Shown piece after piece: positions 45,688-56,542 of a stretch of 64,000 nucleotides of DNA. Origin of the DNA: an uncultured virus (IMG/VR IMGVR_UViG_3300011912_000001) (taxonomy: Duplodnaviria; Heunggongvirae; Uroviricota; Caudoviricetes); IMG/VR virus record IMGVR_UViG_3300011912_000001; one strand, written 5' to 3'. The position numbers and the translations under genes are program-made. The number at the start of each line of letters is the position of its first letter. Position 1 is the first letter of the stretch. The notes under the pieces are model-generated. The model ran no database searches, was not told where the DNA came from, and saw only the letters and a program-made list of their open reading frames with translations.

Positions 45688-46926
45688 ATGGGTTTGTATC
45701 CTAACGTAAACGACTCTTACACTTTTGGTGGTAAGACGCACACTAACCTAGTAGTTTCGGAAGGTAGTGCACCAGCGGAACGCTACGTCGTCGCTAAAGA
45801 CAACAACGTTCGTCAACATGCCGATGGTTCAGTCATCGCACCAGAATTCACGTACGTCTTCGCACCAGAAGGCAACCAAACAGTTCTTATCGCTAAAGGT
45901 AAATTGGTTGAAGGAGCTCCTGCTCAAATCGACCGCGAAACAGGACACAAGTACACAGCTATTCGTGTAGCAGATGAAAACTCTACTAAAGTTGTAGGGG
46001 TTAACCAACACAACGTTTATCAACAACGTCGTGACCGTATGGAAGGTAACTTAACGACTCTTATCCGTCGTGACTACATCGAAGTTCCACTTTTCGAACA
46101 TGGTTCACTTGCAACAGCAGAAGGTTTCGCTAAAGCAATGCATTTCGGTGCCGCTTACGGAACAACTGCTCAATTTGAACCGGGCGACCGCGTTAAGGTT
46201 GGTAAAAACGGTAACTTCGTCAAAGCAGTTATCGATGGTGACACTCCAGATTCAGCTTACGCTGTCGTTGGACAAGTTATCGCTGTAGAGCGTGACCTTC
46301 CACCAGCTGGATTCCTTCAGTACTTCGTTGAAATGCGTAACCCGCAACTCGAAGAAATGATTAAAGCAATGTCGAACGCTCCTACACCGGGCGAAGGCGG
46401 ATACCCAATGGGTTACCCTTACGACATCAAATCTTGGAAACCAGAATTCGAAAAACAATTGGCGCAAGCTAATGACAAAGGAATTCCTTTCCTCACTGAT
46501 GGTTTCTTCCGTGCGAAGAAAGTCCTCACTGGCGTAGATATCAAAGACATCTATGATGCTACAGCTAACAACGATGGTGCTATCGAAGCAGTTCGTGCAA
46601 ACGGCGATGTCGCTTTCGATGCCGCTACTGGTAAAGTAACAGTCGGAGCAAAAGGTGGAGCTATCTTCATCAAGCTTCGTCACAAAATCGACCACACTGA
46701 AGCTGGTAACGTTGTTGCTAAACTCGACGGTGTAAATGTTCACGGAAACGACCTCTTCGTTGACTTCCAGAACAACACAGTTGTTGTTTACTTCGATGAA
46801 GCAGTAGAAGTTACAGCTCTTACACTTGATGTAAAAGCAATCGTCGACCCAGTTGCTGGTATTCCTACTGAGTGGGACTACGCTGGTTCGGTCGGAGCAA
46901 TTCGTATCCAACTTTCTATCCACTAA
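45688..46926 (+). CDS. capsid decoration / minor capsid protein
   Basis: position between protease and MCP; highly-expressed codon bias. Confidence 0.6.
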   Translation: MGLYPNVNDSYTFGGKTHTNLVVSEGSAPAERYVVAKDNNVRQHADGSVIAPEFTYVFAPEGNQTVLIAKGKLVEGAPAQIDRETGHKYTAIRVADENSTKVVGVNQHNVYQQRRDRMEGNLTTLIRRDYIEVPLFEHGSLATAEGFAKAMHFGAAYGTTAQFEPGDRVKVGKNGNFVKAVIDGDTPDSAYAVVGQVIAVERDLPPAGFLQYFVEMRNPQLEEMIKAMSNAPTPGEGGYPMGYPYDIKSWKPEFEKQLAQANDKGIPFLTDGFFRAKKVLTGVDIKDIYDATANNDGAIEAVRANGDVAFDAATGKVTVGAKGGAIFIKLRHKIDHTEAGNVVAKLDGVNVHGNDLFVDFQNNTVVVYFDEAVEVTALTLDVKAIVDPVAGIPTEWDYAGSVGAIRIQLSIH

Positions 46927-46932
46927 TTTTTA

Positions 46933-46964
46933 CGGGAGTGGGTACGATGCTCACTCCCTCTTTA
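46933..46964 (+). terminator. intrinsic terminator
   Basis: GGGAGTGGGTA-CGA-TGCTCACTCCC then T-rich. Confidence 0.65.
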
Positions 46965-47015
46965 TTACTTATTTGAACACATAATGTTAACACCATATTA
47001 GGGAGGACCTACATA

Positions 47016-48134
47016 ATGAACGAAAATCAACTTGCGCTTGTAGAAAAATTCTCAAGCATGATGAAATTTGGTAAAACAAAGGAGAACCGTGTTGACGTCA
47101 CTGAGGCGCTCACAACAGCAGATGCTAACATCCTTTTACCAAAAGTCATCTCTACAGTAATCACAGAAGCGGCTGAGCCTCTTTATCTAGCGTCACAATT
47201 CTTCAAACAAGTCCAATTGACTGAAGGCCGTTCGATGGAATTCATCCACTTCGGCGCTATCCGCGCATTCGAAATCGCGGAAGGTCAAGAATACCCAAAC
47301 CAAACGCTCAACTTAACTAAAGAAGGCGTCGGCGGTCTGGACGTTCGCGTACGTAAGTACGGTTTGAAAGTCCAAATCACAGACGAAATGATTGCTGACT
47401 CACAATGGGATGTCATCGGTCTTCACCTTGAAGCGGCTGGTCGCGCAATGGCTCGTAAAAAAGAAGAAGTTATCTTCCATGAGTTCTCTACTCATGGTCA
47501 CGTTGTCTTCGATGCAAAAGAATACAAACCGGGCGACGAAGGTTACCCAACAGGACGTGGATTCGATGGCGAATTCAACGGTACGCTCTCAGCAGACGAC
47601 CTCGTTGAAATGTCTGTCTCAATCATGTCTGAAGGTTTCACACCAACTGATATCATCATGCACCCACTTTGCTGGTCACTCTTTGCTAAAAACGAAGCTC
47701 TTCAAGGCGCTTCAGTTGCGGCATTCGGTCAAGGCACTGGCGGACGCGACCCACGTTCGTTCTCTGTGAACAACGCACTTGGTATCAACGTCATCTTCTC
47801 ACCATTCGTACCTTTCAAACAAGCTGAACGTCTCTTCGATTTCTATATCGTTGACCGTAACAACATCGGTGTTCTCCTTGTTAAAGATACAATTTCTACA
47901 GAGCAGTTCGATGACCCGCTCCGTGACATCCAATCGTTGAAAGTTAAAGAACGCTACGGCGTCGGTATCCTCAACGGTGGTAAAGGTCTTGCGGTAGCGA
48001 AAAACGTTGCCTTCAAGAAAACATGGCCAGCTCCAGACCGCAAATTCGGCGAAATGCCGCTTCCTAGCGATATGCAACCGAAACTTGCTGATGGCTCTGT
48101 AAACCCAGCGGCTAAGAAACACGACGAAATCTAA
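47016..48134 (+). CDS. major capsid protein (HK97 fold)
   Basis: IAEGQEY, KYGLKVQITDEMI, PTDIIMHP, KERYGVG. Confidence 0.9.
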   Translation: MNENQLALVEKFSSMMKFGKTKENRVDVTEALTTADANILLPKVISTVITEAAEPLYLASQFFKQVQLTEGRSMEFIHFGAIRAFEIAEGQEYPNQTLNLTKEGVGGLDVRVRKYGLKVQITDEMIADSQWDVIGLHLEAAGRAMARKKEEVIFHEFSTHGHVVFDAKEYKPGDEGYPTGRGFDGEFNGTLSADDLVEMSVSIMSEGFTPTDIIMHPLCWSLFAKNEALQGASVAAFGQGTGGRDPRSFSVNNALGINVIFSPFVPFKQAERLFDFYIVDRNNIGVLLVKDTISTEQFDDPLRDIQSLKVKERYGVGILNGGKGLAVAKNVAFKKTWPAPDRKFGEMPLPSDMQPKLADGSVNPAAKKHDEI

Positions 48135-48200
48135 TTGATAGACCCTATAGGGACCCTTCTTATGGGGGTCCCTTATTTTATTATCTAGGAGGAAAAACAG

Positions 48201-48647
48201 ATGAAATATATTGATGTAATCGTATCACCATTCTTTAAAGGTGACCCATTGCTTGAAGAAAAAACAGGTGTCACGTTCGAGCAATATGATATTTATCCAA
48301 CGATTTACCGTATCAACAAAGAAGCAGACTTGTCAGGTATCAAAAGTTTGATTCGCAAAAACATCCTTGTTCTTGTCGAGGGCGAAATGGAAGATGTTGT
48401 TGAAATCAAAGAGCAACCATTGAAACAAGAAAAACTAATTCCTGAGACAGCCGAAGAAGCATTGGCTGAAACGAAAGAGGAAGTCAAAGAGCAAGAAGAA
48501 AAAGAAGAAGCATTGGAAGCCTCTCAGAAGCTTCCTGAAAAACTTGAGGACCTCACAGTTGCTGAATTGAAAGCAAAAGCAGACGAATTAGGTATCGAGT
48601 ATAAAAGCAACATCTCTAAGAGTGCATTACTGAAGAAATTGAAGTGA
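48201..48647 (+). CDS. protein with C-terminal HeH/Rho-N-like domain
   Basis: LTVAELKAKADELGI....SKSALL. Confidence 0.7.
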   Translation: MKYIDVIVSPFFKGDPLLEEKTGVTFEQYDIYPTIYRINKEADLSGIKSLIRKNILVLVEGEMEDVVEIKEQPLKQEKLIPETAEEALAETKEEVKEQEEKEEALEASQKLPEKLEDLTVAELKAKADELGIEYKSNISKSALLKKLK

Positions 48648-48657
48648 GGTGTAACCG

Positions 48658-50259
48658 ATGCCAACGAATAGTTATTTAGTTCTTGGAATGACTCCGGCAT
48701 CGAATGAGATGGGTGTGGCGTTAACCGTCACCCTCACTATCTCATTCCAAAAGAACATGGTGGCGTCTACCTTAAATGCTTCGACATTAAAACTACGTAA
48801 GGTGAATGGAAGCTTGGTCACAACAACCATCACCTACGATAACGTTAATAAAAAAGCATATGTCCGACCTGATGCCCCGTTAGAACCTTCGACGCAATAT
48901 CAAATGGAAATTGTCGGAGGCACTACCGGGATTTTATCTGTTCTTGATGAATACTTACCGGCAAATAAAACCTATAACTTCTATACAAAAGAAGAAGACA
49001 TTGCACTCCCATTGACTAACTTAAAAGCAACGGTCAACAACCAAATGGTATCGGCTTCTTGGGATACGATTGACGCCATGGGCAGTTACCAATATCAAGT
49101 CAAATTGTCGCATTCGAATCTACCAGACAATGCGGGCATTTGGCCCGACAACAATACGTATGAAACGAGTAGCTTAAGCGTTGATATTCCAAAGAAACTG
49201 GAGCCGGGCACTTACTATGTGCATGCTCGTTCTAAGAAAGGCACGTTGCTTTCAGAATGGCGTTCTGTGACGACGGTTGTCGAAGAAGCACCTACGACTC
49301 CTGTTGAAGATGGAAGCGGCTCAGAGGGCTCAGGAGGCGGTTCTACACCATCCTTGAACTTACATCTACAAGTCATGGAAACATACCCAAAAGATGGCGC
49401 CTTCCATATCACTCCTGAGAAGATTGGCGTCCTATTCTCTGAAGCGCTTGACTTAACGAAGTACGATGAATGGTTCCGGGTGGAAGAACTCAGTGGAACT
49501 GAAACGTCTAGCTTTATGAGTTTAGGTTCATCAGTTGTTGCTGGGACGGTACAAGAAGTAGAAGCAGGATTAACAGAATCCCGTGTTCTGACATTCATTC
49601 CGACGGCTCCACTGCAAAAAGACAAAACGTACCAATTGATTGTCAAACAAAGTGCCCAGACGAAAGCGTCTGCTCCAGAAACCATGAACGTTGAAGGTAC
49701 GGTCGTTGTCGTCGACGGACAAGCGAAGACACTCGAAAAAGAATTCCGTAATAGTTTCCAATCTGCTTTCACTTATTACTATGTAACCGTTGATGAAGTC
49801 AAAACAGAACTTCGGTATTTTGGACAGTTCATTGATGATAAGACATTAGCGAAATTGATTGTTGCGAATTCGAAATCTGCTTATCAGATGGCATCGTTAC
49901 TAAAGAACTTTGACGCCAACCTATTCTTGGATGGAGCGGCGCCGTTCTATATGCATGAATACGTCAAATACAAGACAGCCTATGATGTCGGACTCACGAC
50001 GATGGTCGAACTCTCCATCGGAACAGATAAAAATATCCGATTAGGCGATTTGAGTGTGGCAGAGACAGGACGTCAATCATTCGTCCTTCAATCGCTTATC
50101 AATGAGCTCAAAGGCAAAATCAAGCCATGGGAAGACCTCATGCATGGTCGCACAGCTCGTGGGTATGCATCCATGGGTACTGCCGTTTACAGCGAAGAAG
50201 GGAATCCTTACCCAGACTTCTTCGATGGTCGAACAGAGTATCCAGAGTTAGGGAGCTGA
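48658..50259 (+). CDS. Ig-like/FN3 domain head-tail connector protein
   Basis: two Big_5-like domains (PDAPLEPSTQY, PTAPLQKDKTY), FN3 (PGTYYVHARS), connector-like C-terminus. Confidence 0.65.
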   Translation: MPTNSYLVLGMTPASNEMGVALTVTLTISFQKNMVASTLNASTLKLRKVNGSLVTTTITYDNVNKKAYVRPDAPLEPSTQYQMEIVGGTTGILSVLDEYLPANKTYNFYTKEEDIALPLTNLKATVNNQMVSASWDTIDAMGSYQYQVKLSHSNLPDNAGIWPDNNTYETSSLSVDIPKKLEPGTYYVHARSKKGTLLSEWRSVTTVVEEAPTTPVEDGSGSEGSGGGSTPSLNLHLQVMETYPKDGAFHITPEKIGVLFSEALDLTKYDEWFRVEELSGTETSSFMSLGSSVVAGTVQEVEAGLTESRVLTFIPTAPLQKDKTYQLIVKQSAQTKASAPETMNVEGTVVVVDGQAKTLEKEFRNSFQSAFTYYYVTVDEVKTELRYFGQFIDDKTLAKLIVANSKSAYQMASLLKNFDANLFLDGAAPFYMHEYVKYKTAYDVGLTTMVELSIGTDKNIRLGDLSVAETGRQSFVLQSLINELKGKIKPWEDLMHGRTARGYASMGTAVYSEEGNPYPDFFDGRTEYPELGS

Positions 50260-50263
50260 TTAG

Positions 50264-50794
50264 ATGAAACCATTAAAAGACGAATTCAAGGCGATTCTCA
50301 GAGAGTACGGACATCCCGTACTCTTGGTTCGCCAACAAAAACAAGTCGTGTGCAGTTGCTACGACGAAAAGACACAAACCGCCGACCGGGAGTGTCCATA
50401 TTGCTTTGGACTCAAGTATGTCCCGCTTGTTGAGAAACATACGGTCTATGAAATCGATAGCACGGTCCCTGAGACGATGCCGATGATTCAACAAGGTGAG
50501 AACTTCGGGATGATGTCGGTGCCCGCACGAGCCTATTACTTTGCTCCAGAAGCGCGTATTGATGAAGATGATTTAATCATGGATGTCGGTTGGGTCGGAA
50601 ACATTCCTGTTCTAAAGGAAGGATTCATTTGGGAAGTCTCTCATATTGACCCTGCTCGCTTCACAAAAGGTGAACTGGTCTATAAGAAGGTATTCGTCAA
50701 AGCCGAACCAGTCGAAAAGAACATCCGTGGTTTCCATATCCGACAGGTTGGAAATGTCATGAGTTATGAATTGATGGGAGAGAAGCCAGAATGA
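50264..50794 (+). CDS. neck / head closure protein
   Basis: CSC...CPYCFG motif; position. Confidence 0.55.
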   Translation: MKPLKDEFKAILREYGHPVLLVRQQKQVVCSCYDEKTQTADRECPYCFGLKYVPLVEKHTVYEIDSTVPETMPMIQQGENFGMMSVPARAYYFAPEARIDEDDLIMDVGWVGNIPVLKEGFIWEVSHIDPARFTKGELVYKKVFVKAEPVEKNIRGFHIRQVGNVMSYELMGEKPE

Positions 50795-52353
50795 AATATA
50801 GCCAAGGACGTCGGTTCGTTCAAGAGATTGAACCGCAAGGAAAAATCGTACTCGTTGGAACAAGCTATGATGGCATCTCCCATGAAGGCTTTTATCTTCG
50901 AGAAGACCAAGACCCGTATGAAGTCTTAGGAGACTGTGAACTCGCTGACCAGTACGTAACAGCTTTACGAAGTGGATTAACCGCCGCCGACATTCTCTTA
51001 TTCCGATTGAATGGAATCAAAGGAGAAATGACACTCGTTAATAGTCTCGACAATACACCACTGATTCGCATCCAAAGCATTGGCGCCAGTGAAGCTGACC
51101 AAGACATTACCATCATGGTCAATGAACAAGGGCTTGTCGTTTACATGGAACATGAGGAAGTCTTGCAACGAAGCTATCGGTTTGATGATTATGAGAACAC
51201 ACGAGAGCTTGTCGTCGCCATGAACCGGGATGCTGATTTCGGCTTATCGGAAGTCGAAGCCGTATTGCTCAATCAACGCATCCTAAGTACGTGTCAATTC
51301 CAAGAAGTGGCGTATCCGTTCTATATGGCGTCAGGAGAAGAAGAGTTAGTACGGACAGAGGAAACGGATATCGTCGCGTACGCTGAATCCTTCTACCAAC
51401 GTTTTTTAGAAGCAAGCGCCTTAGATGAAACCTTGAATGAAAATTCTCCTGTGATTGCTGGAGAACTGTTTAGTGTTCCAGTAGAAGCTGTTGCTCTCGT
51501 CGGTATTCATCATGATGAACATCCTCTGCTGACAAAAGCATTGGCAGAGTATTGTGAGAGTAAAACAGAAGAAACGAAAATCATGACACTGGGCGTCATC
51601 GGCACAAGCCAAGTCCCTGATAAGACCGAAGAGATGGATTATGGCATCGACGAAGACGGCAACCGTTTTGATGAAGATGGAAACCTCTATGTCTATGAAC
51701 CATGGAAAGCACGACATGATTTCTTGGACAAATTGGCATCTCCTGAGTATACACAAATTGGGGAAGCCGGAATATTCGTACACGTCATCGTCGGACATCA
51801 TCTGACAGTACAAGGTCCAAAATCGATTGCACCAGCGTATGCCGCCAATTATGTCCAAAATCCAGTCGGAAAAAGCTTCACAAACAAAGAAATTAAAGGA
51901 ATTGGCGAATTTCTTTATAACTTCCAGAAAAAAGAGCTTGTAGGACTTGAATCTAATGGTTATATATGTACTGTACCTTCTATCCGTAGGAATGTTGTGT
52001 CCAAAAGAAGTCAAAGTTTCTATACATATGAAGTAAACACGTACAAGGCTAAAACCCATTTGATTCGACTCGCTTACCAAATTGGACGAGATGTCGAGAG
52101 ACAGTTAGACCAATATGTTGGAGAATCAAGCACAATGGACGTCACCGCCTCTGAAACCCTGTTACGCGACCAATTCGATACCTACGTCAAAATGGGTTTA
52201 TTGAAGAGTTATGAGTTGTTGGTGACACGGCCGGAGCTTGCCCGCATGCATGTGCAGGTCAATCTTGTGCCTTATGGGTCTACTGAATCGATTGCCCTTG
52301 AGCAAGACGTTCGGTATGAAGAGAAGGAGGTCTTTAGATGGATGGACGTTTAA
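50791..52353 (+). CDS. divergent tail sheath-like protein
   Basis: IVLVGT N-terminus, SFTNK, YVGE sheath-type C-terminus. Confidence 0.6.
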   Translation: MKYSQGRRFVQEIEPQGKIVLVGTSYDGISHEGFYLREDQDPYEVLGDCELADQYVTALRSGLTAADILLFRLNGIKGEMTLVNSLDNTPLIRIQSIGASEADQDITIMVNEQGLVVYMEHEEVLQRSYRFDDYENTRELVVAMNRDADFGLSEVEAVLLNQRILSTCQFQEVAYPFYMASGEEELVRTEETDIVAYAESFYQRFLEASALDETLNENSPVIAGELFSVPVEAVALVGIHHDEHPLLTKALAEYCESKTEETKIMTLGVIGTSQVPDKTEEMDYGIDEDGNRFDEDGNLYVYEPWKARHDFLDKLASPEYTQIGEAGIFVHVIVGHHLTVQGPKSIAPAYAANYVQNPVGKSFTNKEIKGIGEFLYNFQKKELVGLESNGYICTVPSIRRNVVSKRSQSFYTYEVNTYKAKTHLIRLAYQIGRDVERQLDQYVGESSTMDVTASETLLRDQFDTYVKMGLLKSYELLVTRPELARMHVQVNLVPYGSTESIALEQDVRYEEKEVFRWMDV

Positions 52354-52901
52354 GGTCGAATGGCGCCCTTGATTTTGATGAATTTACGAGCTTGATGCAC
52401 CGGTTACTATCGCTGACATGGGGTGATGAGTGGGGAAGCTTCACCGAAGAGTTTCCGACGACGACAAACGCTGAGAATGTAGTCTACCCTATCATCACAT
52501 ACTCCATTGAATCGATTGAACCCGGCTTGGTCGGCAAGAACGTTCGAGAAATCAAGCCACGTCATCGGAGTTATCAAAAAGATGAGAATAGCAACGAAAT
52601 CATTGAGACTTTCGGACAAACACTCGATTACGTGATTGAATTTCAGTTATTTGAAGAAAACAATAAGAAACTCATGGAGCTACATAAGCGTTTCCGCGAT
52701 TTCATGAAAACTTATACGGGTTACTTCATGCAGAGTGGTGTCAAAACCATTCTCTTTCTGAACATGAAAAAGAAGGAACAAAACCTACGGGATGTCTCTG
52801 TTTCTAGAAGTCACTTCTATTTAGTGCAACTAGAAGAATTAACAGAAATCCCACGTGCAGAGATAAAACGGATTATTCAATCCCTAGAGGAAGAAGAATG
52901 A
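52338..52901 (+). CDS. tail terminator/completion protein
   Basis: YPIITY motif; position before the sheath gene. Confidence 0.55.
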   Translation: MDGRLRSNGALDFDEFTSLMHRLLSLTWGDEWGSFTEEFPTTTNAENVVYPIITYSIESIEPGLVGKNVREIKPRHRSYQKDENSNEIIETFGQTLDYVIEFQLFEENNKKLMELHKRFRDFMKTYTGYFMQSGVKTILFLNMKKKEQNLRDVSVSRSHFYLVQLEELTEIPRAEIKRIIQSLEEEE

Positions 52902-52941
52902 TGCGCTCTAGCCACCCCTTAAAAATCAAGGAGGAATCATA

Positions 52942-54525
52942 ATGTCAAAGTATCCAAACCTTCCCGGCGTTGACGTCAAACTCGCTGATGGTGGACTTGT
53001 TGTCTCACAAGGACAAAACGGACCACGTTTGCTTATCATCGCTCCAGCGAAAACGGCAAACGCTCCAGAAGAACCAGTTTTGATTCAACAAGAATCTGAA
53101 CTTGCTCTCTACGGCTTTGGTGGGACATTCGTCAACGGCGAAGTCAACCCAGTTGCGGCAGAGTGGCGTTTGGCTCAACAATCGGGCGCACGTGAAATTT
53201 TCGTTCTTGCTATCAAAGCATCGACGAAAAAAGAAGCGTTCATCGAATTGTACAACAACCTCTTCGGCATTCTCATCGACTTTGAAACAGAACACGTTGT
53301 GCTCTCTGGTTTCTTCGTAGATGACGAAGCTGAAGTTACAGCCGCTGACTTCCAAGACCCAGAAGATAAAGAAGCATTCCCATCAGTACCGGGTGTTGCG
53401 AAATATGGTGAGTTGTTGAAAGGTACAGAAGTCCCAGCACTTCCACTTGCAATTACAACTGGCACAAACGACACGCTCACAATCGTTGACAAGTCTACAG
53501 GTTCTGTCGACAAAGTCATCACATTGACTGCTAAAACGTATGACGGTACAGAAGGTAAAGACTTGCAAGCTCTTGCAGATGCTCTTACTACACAACTTAA
53601 TACAGCAGTAACTGGATTGAAAGCGGTCGTTTCTGAAGGACGTCTTGTTCTTGTCGGTAAAACGAAATTTGCTGTCAAAGCTTCAACAGCACTTGCAACA
53701 GCGTTGAAACTTCCAGTTGCAACAGACTCTGTTAAAGAAGAAAACGTTGCGGGTGAAGTTATCGTTGGTCAATTCGCAAAACTTCTTGCAGGTTATGCAG
53801 AATACCAATCACTTGGTAACAACGCAACAGTTGCTTACATCGGTACACCAGCACTCGTTGGTCAATCGACACTTACTTCAGTACGTACACACGCGAATAA
53901 ACTGTTAGGACTGAACACGAAATTCTCTGGATTCCTTCAAATTGTCGGACAAGAAGTCGGCATCCAGCTTCCGGGTGGAATCACGCATTACATGAACGGT
54001 GCAACAGCTTATGCTGGTCTCGTCATGGGTCTTGCGCCACAATCAGCGCCTACAAACAAAGTTATTCCGGGTGCAGTTGGTCTTCGTTACCAATACGGTG
54101 CAAGTCAGCGTAATGCCCTCACTGGCAACCGCATCGTCACGTTCTTCGTTAAGAATGGTCAAGTCATCGTCACTGACGGTATCACTTCGGCTCCAAAAAT
54201 TCTTATCGGAAACAAATTGGTCGATTCAGACTACACACGTCTCTCGACAATGCGTATCACAAACTACATCGCTCAAGAAGTTCGTGATGTTTGTGAACCA
54301 TTCATCGGAGAGCCAAACGAGATGCCACAATACAACGCAATGTATGCGGCAATCAAAGGACGCCTTGAAATGGCTGTGAACATGCGTGTCATCCGTGACG
54401 CTCGTTTCTCAGTAGTTCCGGGTCGTGACCTTGGTTCTGCTGTCGTTAAGTTGAAAGTGCTTCCTCAGTTTGAAACACGCCATATCGATGTCGACATCGC
54501 ATTGGCAACTATTGATTCGTTTTAA
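52942..54525 (+). CDS. tail sheath protein
   Basis: PNLPGVDV, SAPTNK, RLSTMRI, PFIGEPN. Confidence 0.85.
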   Translation: MSKYPNLPGVDVKLADGGLVVSQGQNGPRLLIIAPAKTANAPEEPVLIQQESELALYGFGGTFVNGEVNPVAAEWRLAQQSGAREIFVLAIKASTKKEAFIELYNNLFGILIDFETEHVVLSGFFVDDEAEVTAADFQDPEDKEAFPSVPGVAKYGELLKGTEVPALPLAITTGTNDTLTIVDKSTGSVDKVITLTAKTYDGTEGKDLQALADALTTQLNTAVTGLKAVVSEGRLVLVGKTKFAVKASTALATALKLPVATDSVKEENVAGEVIVGQFAKLLAGYAEYQSLGNNATVAYIGTPALVGQSTLTSVRTHANKLLGLNTKFSGFLQIVGQEVGIQLPGGITHYMNGATAYAGLVMGLAPQSAPTNKVIPGAVGLRYQYGASQRNALTGNRIVTFFVKNGQVIVTDGITSAPKILIGNKLVDSDYTRLSTMRITNYIAQEVRDVCEPFIGEPNEMPQYNAMYAAIKGRLEMAVNMRVIRDARFSVVPGRDLGSAVVKLKVLPQFETRHIDVDIALATIDSF

Positions 54526-54580
54526 AGACATGGGGGGTCTTCCCCCCGTTCTTATATAATTACCCCTTTGAAGGAGGAAA

Positions 54581-55168
54581 ATGATAATGGCAGTTAGCTC
54601 ATATCAAAAAACGTACACTACTTTCGGTGGTGCAGACATCGTAGCAACATTCGGTGGCACTATCGTTGGTGAGCTTCAAGCGATTACATACTCTGTAACA
54701 CGTGAGAAAGCACCTGTTTATGTACTTGGCGACCCGAACCCGAAATCATTCTCACGTGGTAAACGTGGTATTGCGGGCTCTCTCGTTTTCACAGTGTTCG
54801 ACCGCGATGCATTGCACCGCATGAAACAAGACGAGAACGTCTTCCGTCATGGATTGAATTCGACGGGTACAAAAAATCCTGTTTCTGTTGACCAAGTTCA
54901 ACGGAACTCAGACAACCTGATTGCCAACTGGAAATCAGCGAAGAAACCAAAATACTCAGATGAAATCCCACCATTCGATATCACGATTAACTTCTTGAAC
55001 GAATATGGTCAAGCGGCAACGATGACTATCTACGGTGTTGAGATTCTCAACGAAGGTATGGGAATGTCGGTTGATGATATCACGACTGAAAAGGCTTGTA
55101 CTTTCATCGCACGTGACATCGACGAAATGAAAGCAAACGACGCAAACGAACCGGGACTCGATTGGTAA
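54581..55168 (+). CDS. tail tube protein
   Basis: follows the sheath gene; YSVTREKAPVY, RGKRGIAGSL, DEIPPFDI. Confidence 0.7.
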   Translation: MIMAVSSYQKTYTTFGGADIVATFGGTIVGELQAITYSVTREKAPVYVLGDPNPKSFSRGKRGIAGSLVFTVFDRDALHRMKQDENVFRHGLNSTGTKNPVSVDQVQRNSDNLIANWKSAKKPKYSDEIPPFDITINFLNEYGQAATMTIYGVEILNEGMGMSVDDITTEKACTFIARDIDEMKANDANEPGLDW

Positions 55169-55173
55169 GACTT

Positions 55174-55202
55174 GGGAGGGGAGAATACTCCCCTCTTTTT
55201 TT
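55174..55202 (+). terminator. intrinsic terminator
   Basis: GAGGGGAG-AATA-CTCCCCTC-T7. Confidence 0.8.
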
Positions 55203-55218
55203 AATGGGAGGATAACAC

Positions 55219-55743
55219 ATGGAACGTAAAAAAATTGAACACAGCCGATTCTCAAACACCTATACTTCTTTTGCAGGGACAGACATCTTAGCAGTGTTTA
55301 CGCCAAAGAATGGGACTCCTGTTGCATTCGGTGAATTACAAACGATTAGTTATTCGATTTACCGTCCGATGACGCAAGTGTACACACTAGGACGTGCGAA
55401 TCCATCTGGCTTTGTGAGAGGACAACGAACGATTGCAGGAAGCTTAATCTTTACAGTATTCGACCGCCATTCTTTGTACACGGCATTGCAAGAAGGATAC
55501 AAACTGCAAGATGAACGGTGTTTGACTTTAAAAGGAGATGAATTGCCACCGTTTGATATTAACATCAACTTTTTGAATGAATACGGACAATCGTCTTCGA
55601 TGGTCATCTACGACGTTCGGCTTCTGTCAGAAGGTCAGACGATGTCGATTGAAGACCGTATCACAGAGAATACCATGCAATTCATCGCCAATGACATTGA
55701 TTTAATGAAACCGGGCAACCCGGCAGACGAAGGGACTTGGTAA
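55219..55743 (+). CDS. tail tube-like paralog
   Basis: RGQRTIAGSLIFTVFDR, DELPPFDI. Confidence 0.7.
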   Translation: MERKKIEHSRFSNTYTSFAGTDILAVFTPKNGTPVAFGELQTISYSIYRPMTQVYTLGRANPSGFVRGQRTIAGSLIFTVFDRHSLYTALQEGYKLQDERCLTLKGDELPPFDININFLNEYGQSSSMVIYDVRLLSEGQTMSIEDRITENTMQFIANDIDLMKPGNPADEGTW

Positions 55744-55744
55744 T

Positions 55745-56518
55745 ATGGCAGAAAATAATCCATTCCAAGAGAGCTTATCGTTTTCAAAAGAATACTTCTC
55801 AGGAGCGCGTGTTCAAATCTATTTTGGAGACACCTTTATTGAGGAAGCGACATCGCTCCAGTACACGTTAACAGAGACGGTTGTGCCGATTTATGGCTTT
55901 GCTTCTTATACATGGGACCGGGTGGCGCGGGGGACTCGTGTCGTTCAAGGAAGCTTTACCATCAACTTCACAGAAGCAGGGTATTTACAAACAGTACTCG
56001 ACAGGTTAAGTAATAAGATGAACAGTGCAAAGGGGATAAGCACTGGTATCAAAGAAGAAGATATCGGAACGAAATACAATGTACGAGGCAACCTCGAAGG
56101 AATGACACTGGAACAGTTACTCAGTGCAGAAAAGAAAGATTTTGATGCATTGATGACAGCGTATGAAGATTCCATCTGGGGTGGCGCTAACTTACAAGAA
56201 GACTTCCGCAATCGGTCACATGATACATACTTTTATCCTCAGAATTTAGAGATGAAGAATACCTCGTATTATAAAGAAATGCGACAAGCCGGTTTTAACA
56301 TCATGGTGGATTTCGGGAAGAACATGGATTTAGGGAGAATCCAGTGCTTCAGCGGATTAGGGGACAAAGAAATGAATGACATCAAAACCCGTCAATCAAT
56401 TATGAATGTCCAACTGACTTCGGTCGGTAAAATGATAGCACCAGATGGACAAGCGGTCCAAGAACAGTATTCATTCATTGCCAAAGACATCGACGGCGTG
56501 TTCGTCGAAAAAATTTAA
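55745..56518 (+). CDS. tube-fold protein (tube initiator/baseplate hub-like)
   Basis: PIYG, RGTRVVQGSF, YSFIAKDID. Confidence 0.6.
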   Translation: MAENNPFQESLSFSKEYFSGARVQIYFGDTFIEEATSLQYTLTETVVPIYGFASYTWDRVARGTRVVQGSFTINFTEAGYLQTVLDRLSNKMNSAKGISTGIKEEDIGTKYNVRGNLEGMTLEQLLSAEKKDFDALMTAYEDSIWGGANLQEDFRNRSHDTYFYPQNLEMKNTSYYKEMRQAGFNIMVDFGKNMDLGRIQCFSGLGDKEMNDIKTRQSIMNVQLTSVGKMIAPDGQAVQEQYSFIAKDIDGVFVEKI

Positions 56519-56542
56519 TCAATTATAGGGAGGCACTACATC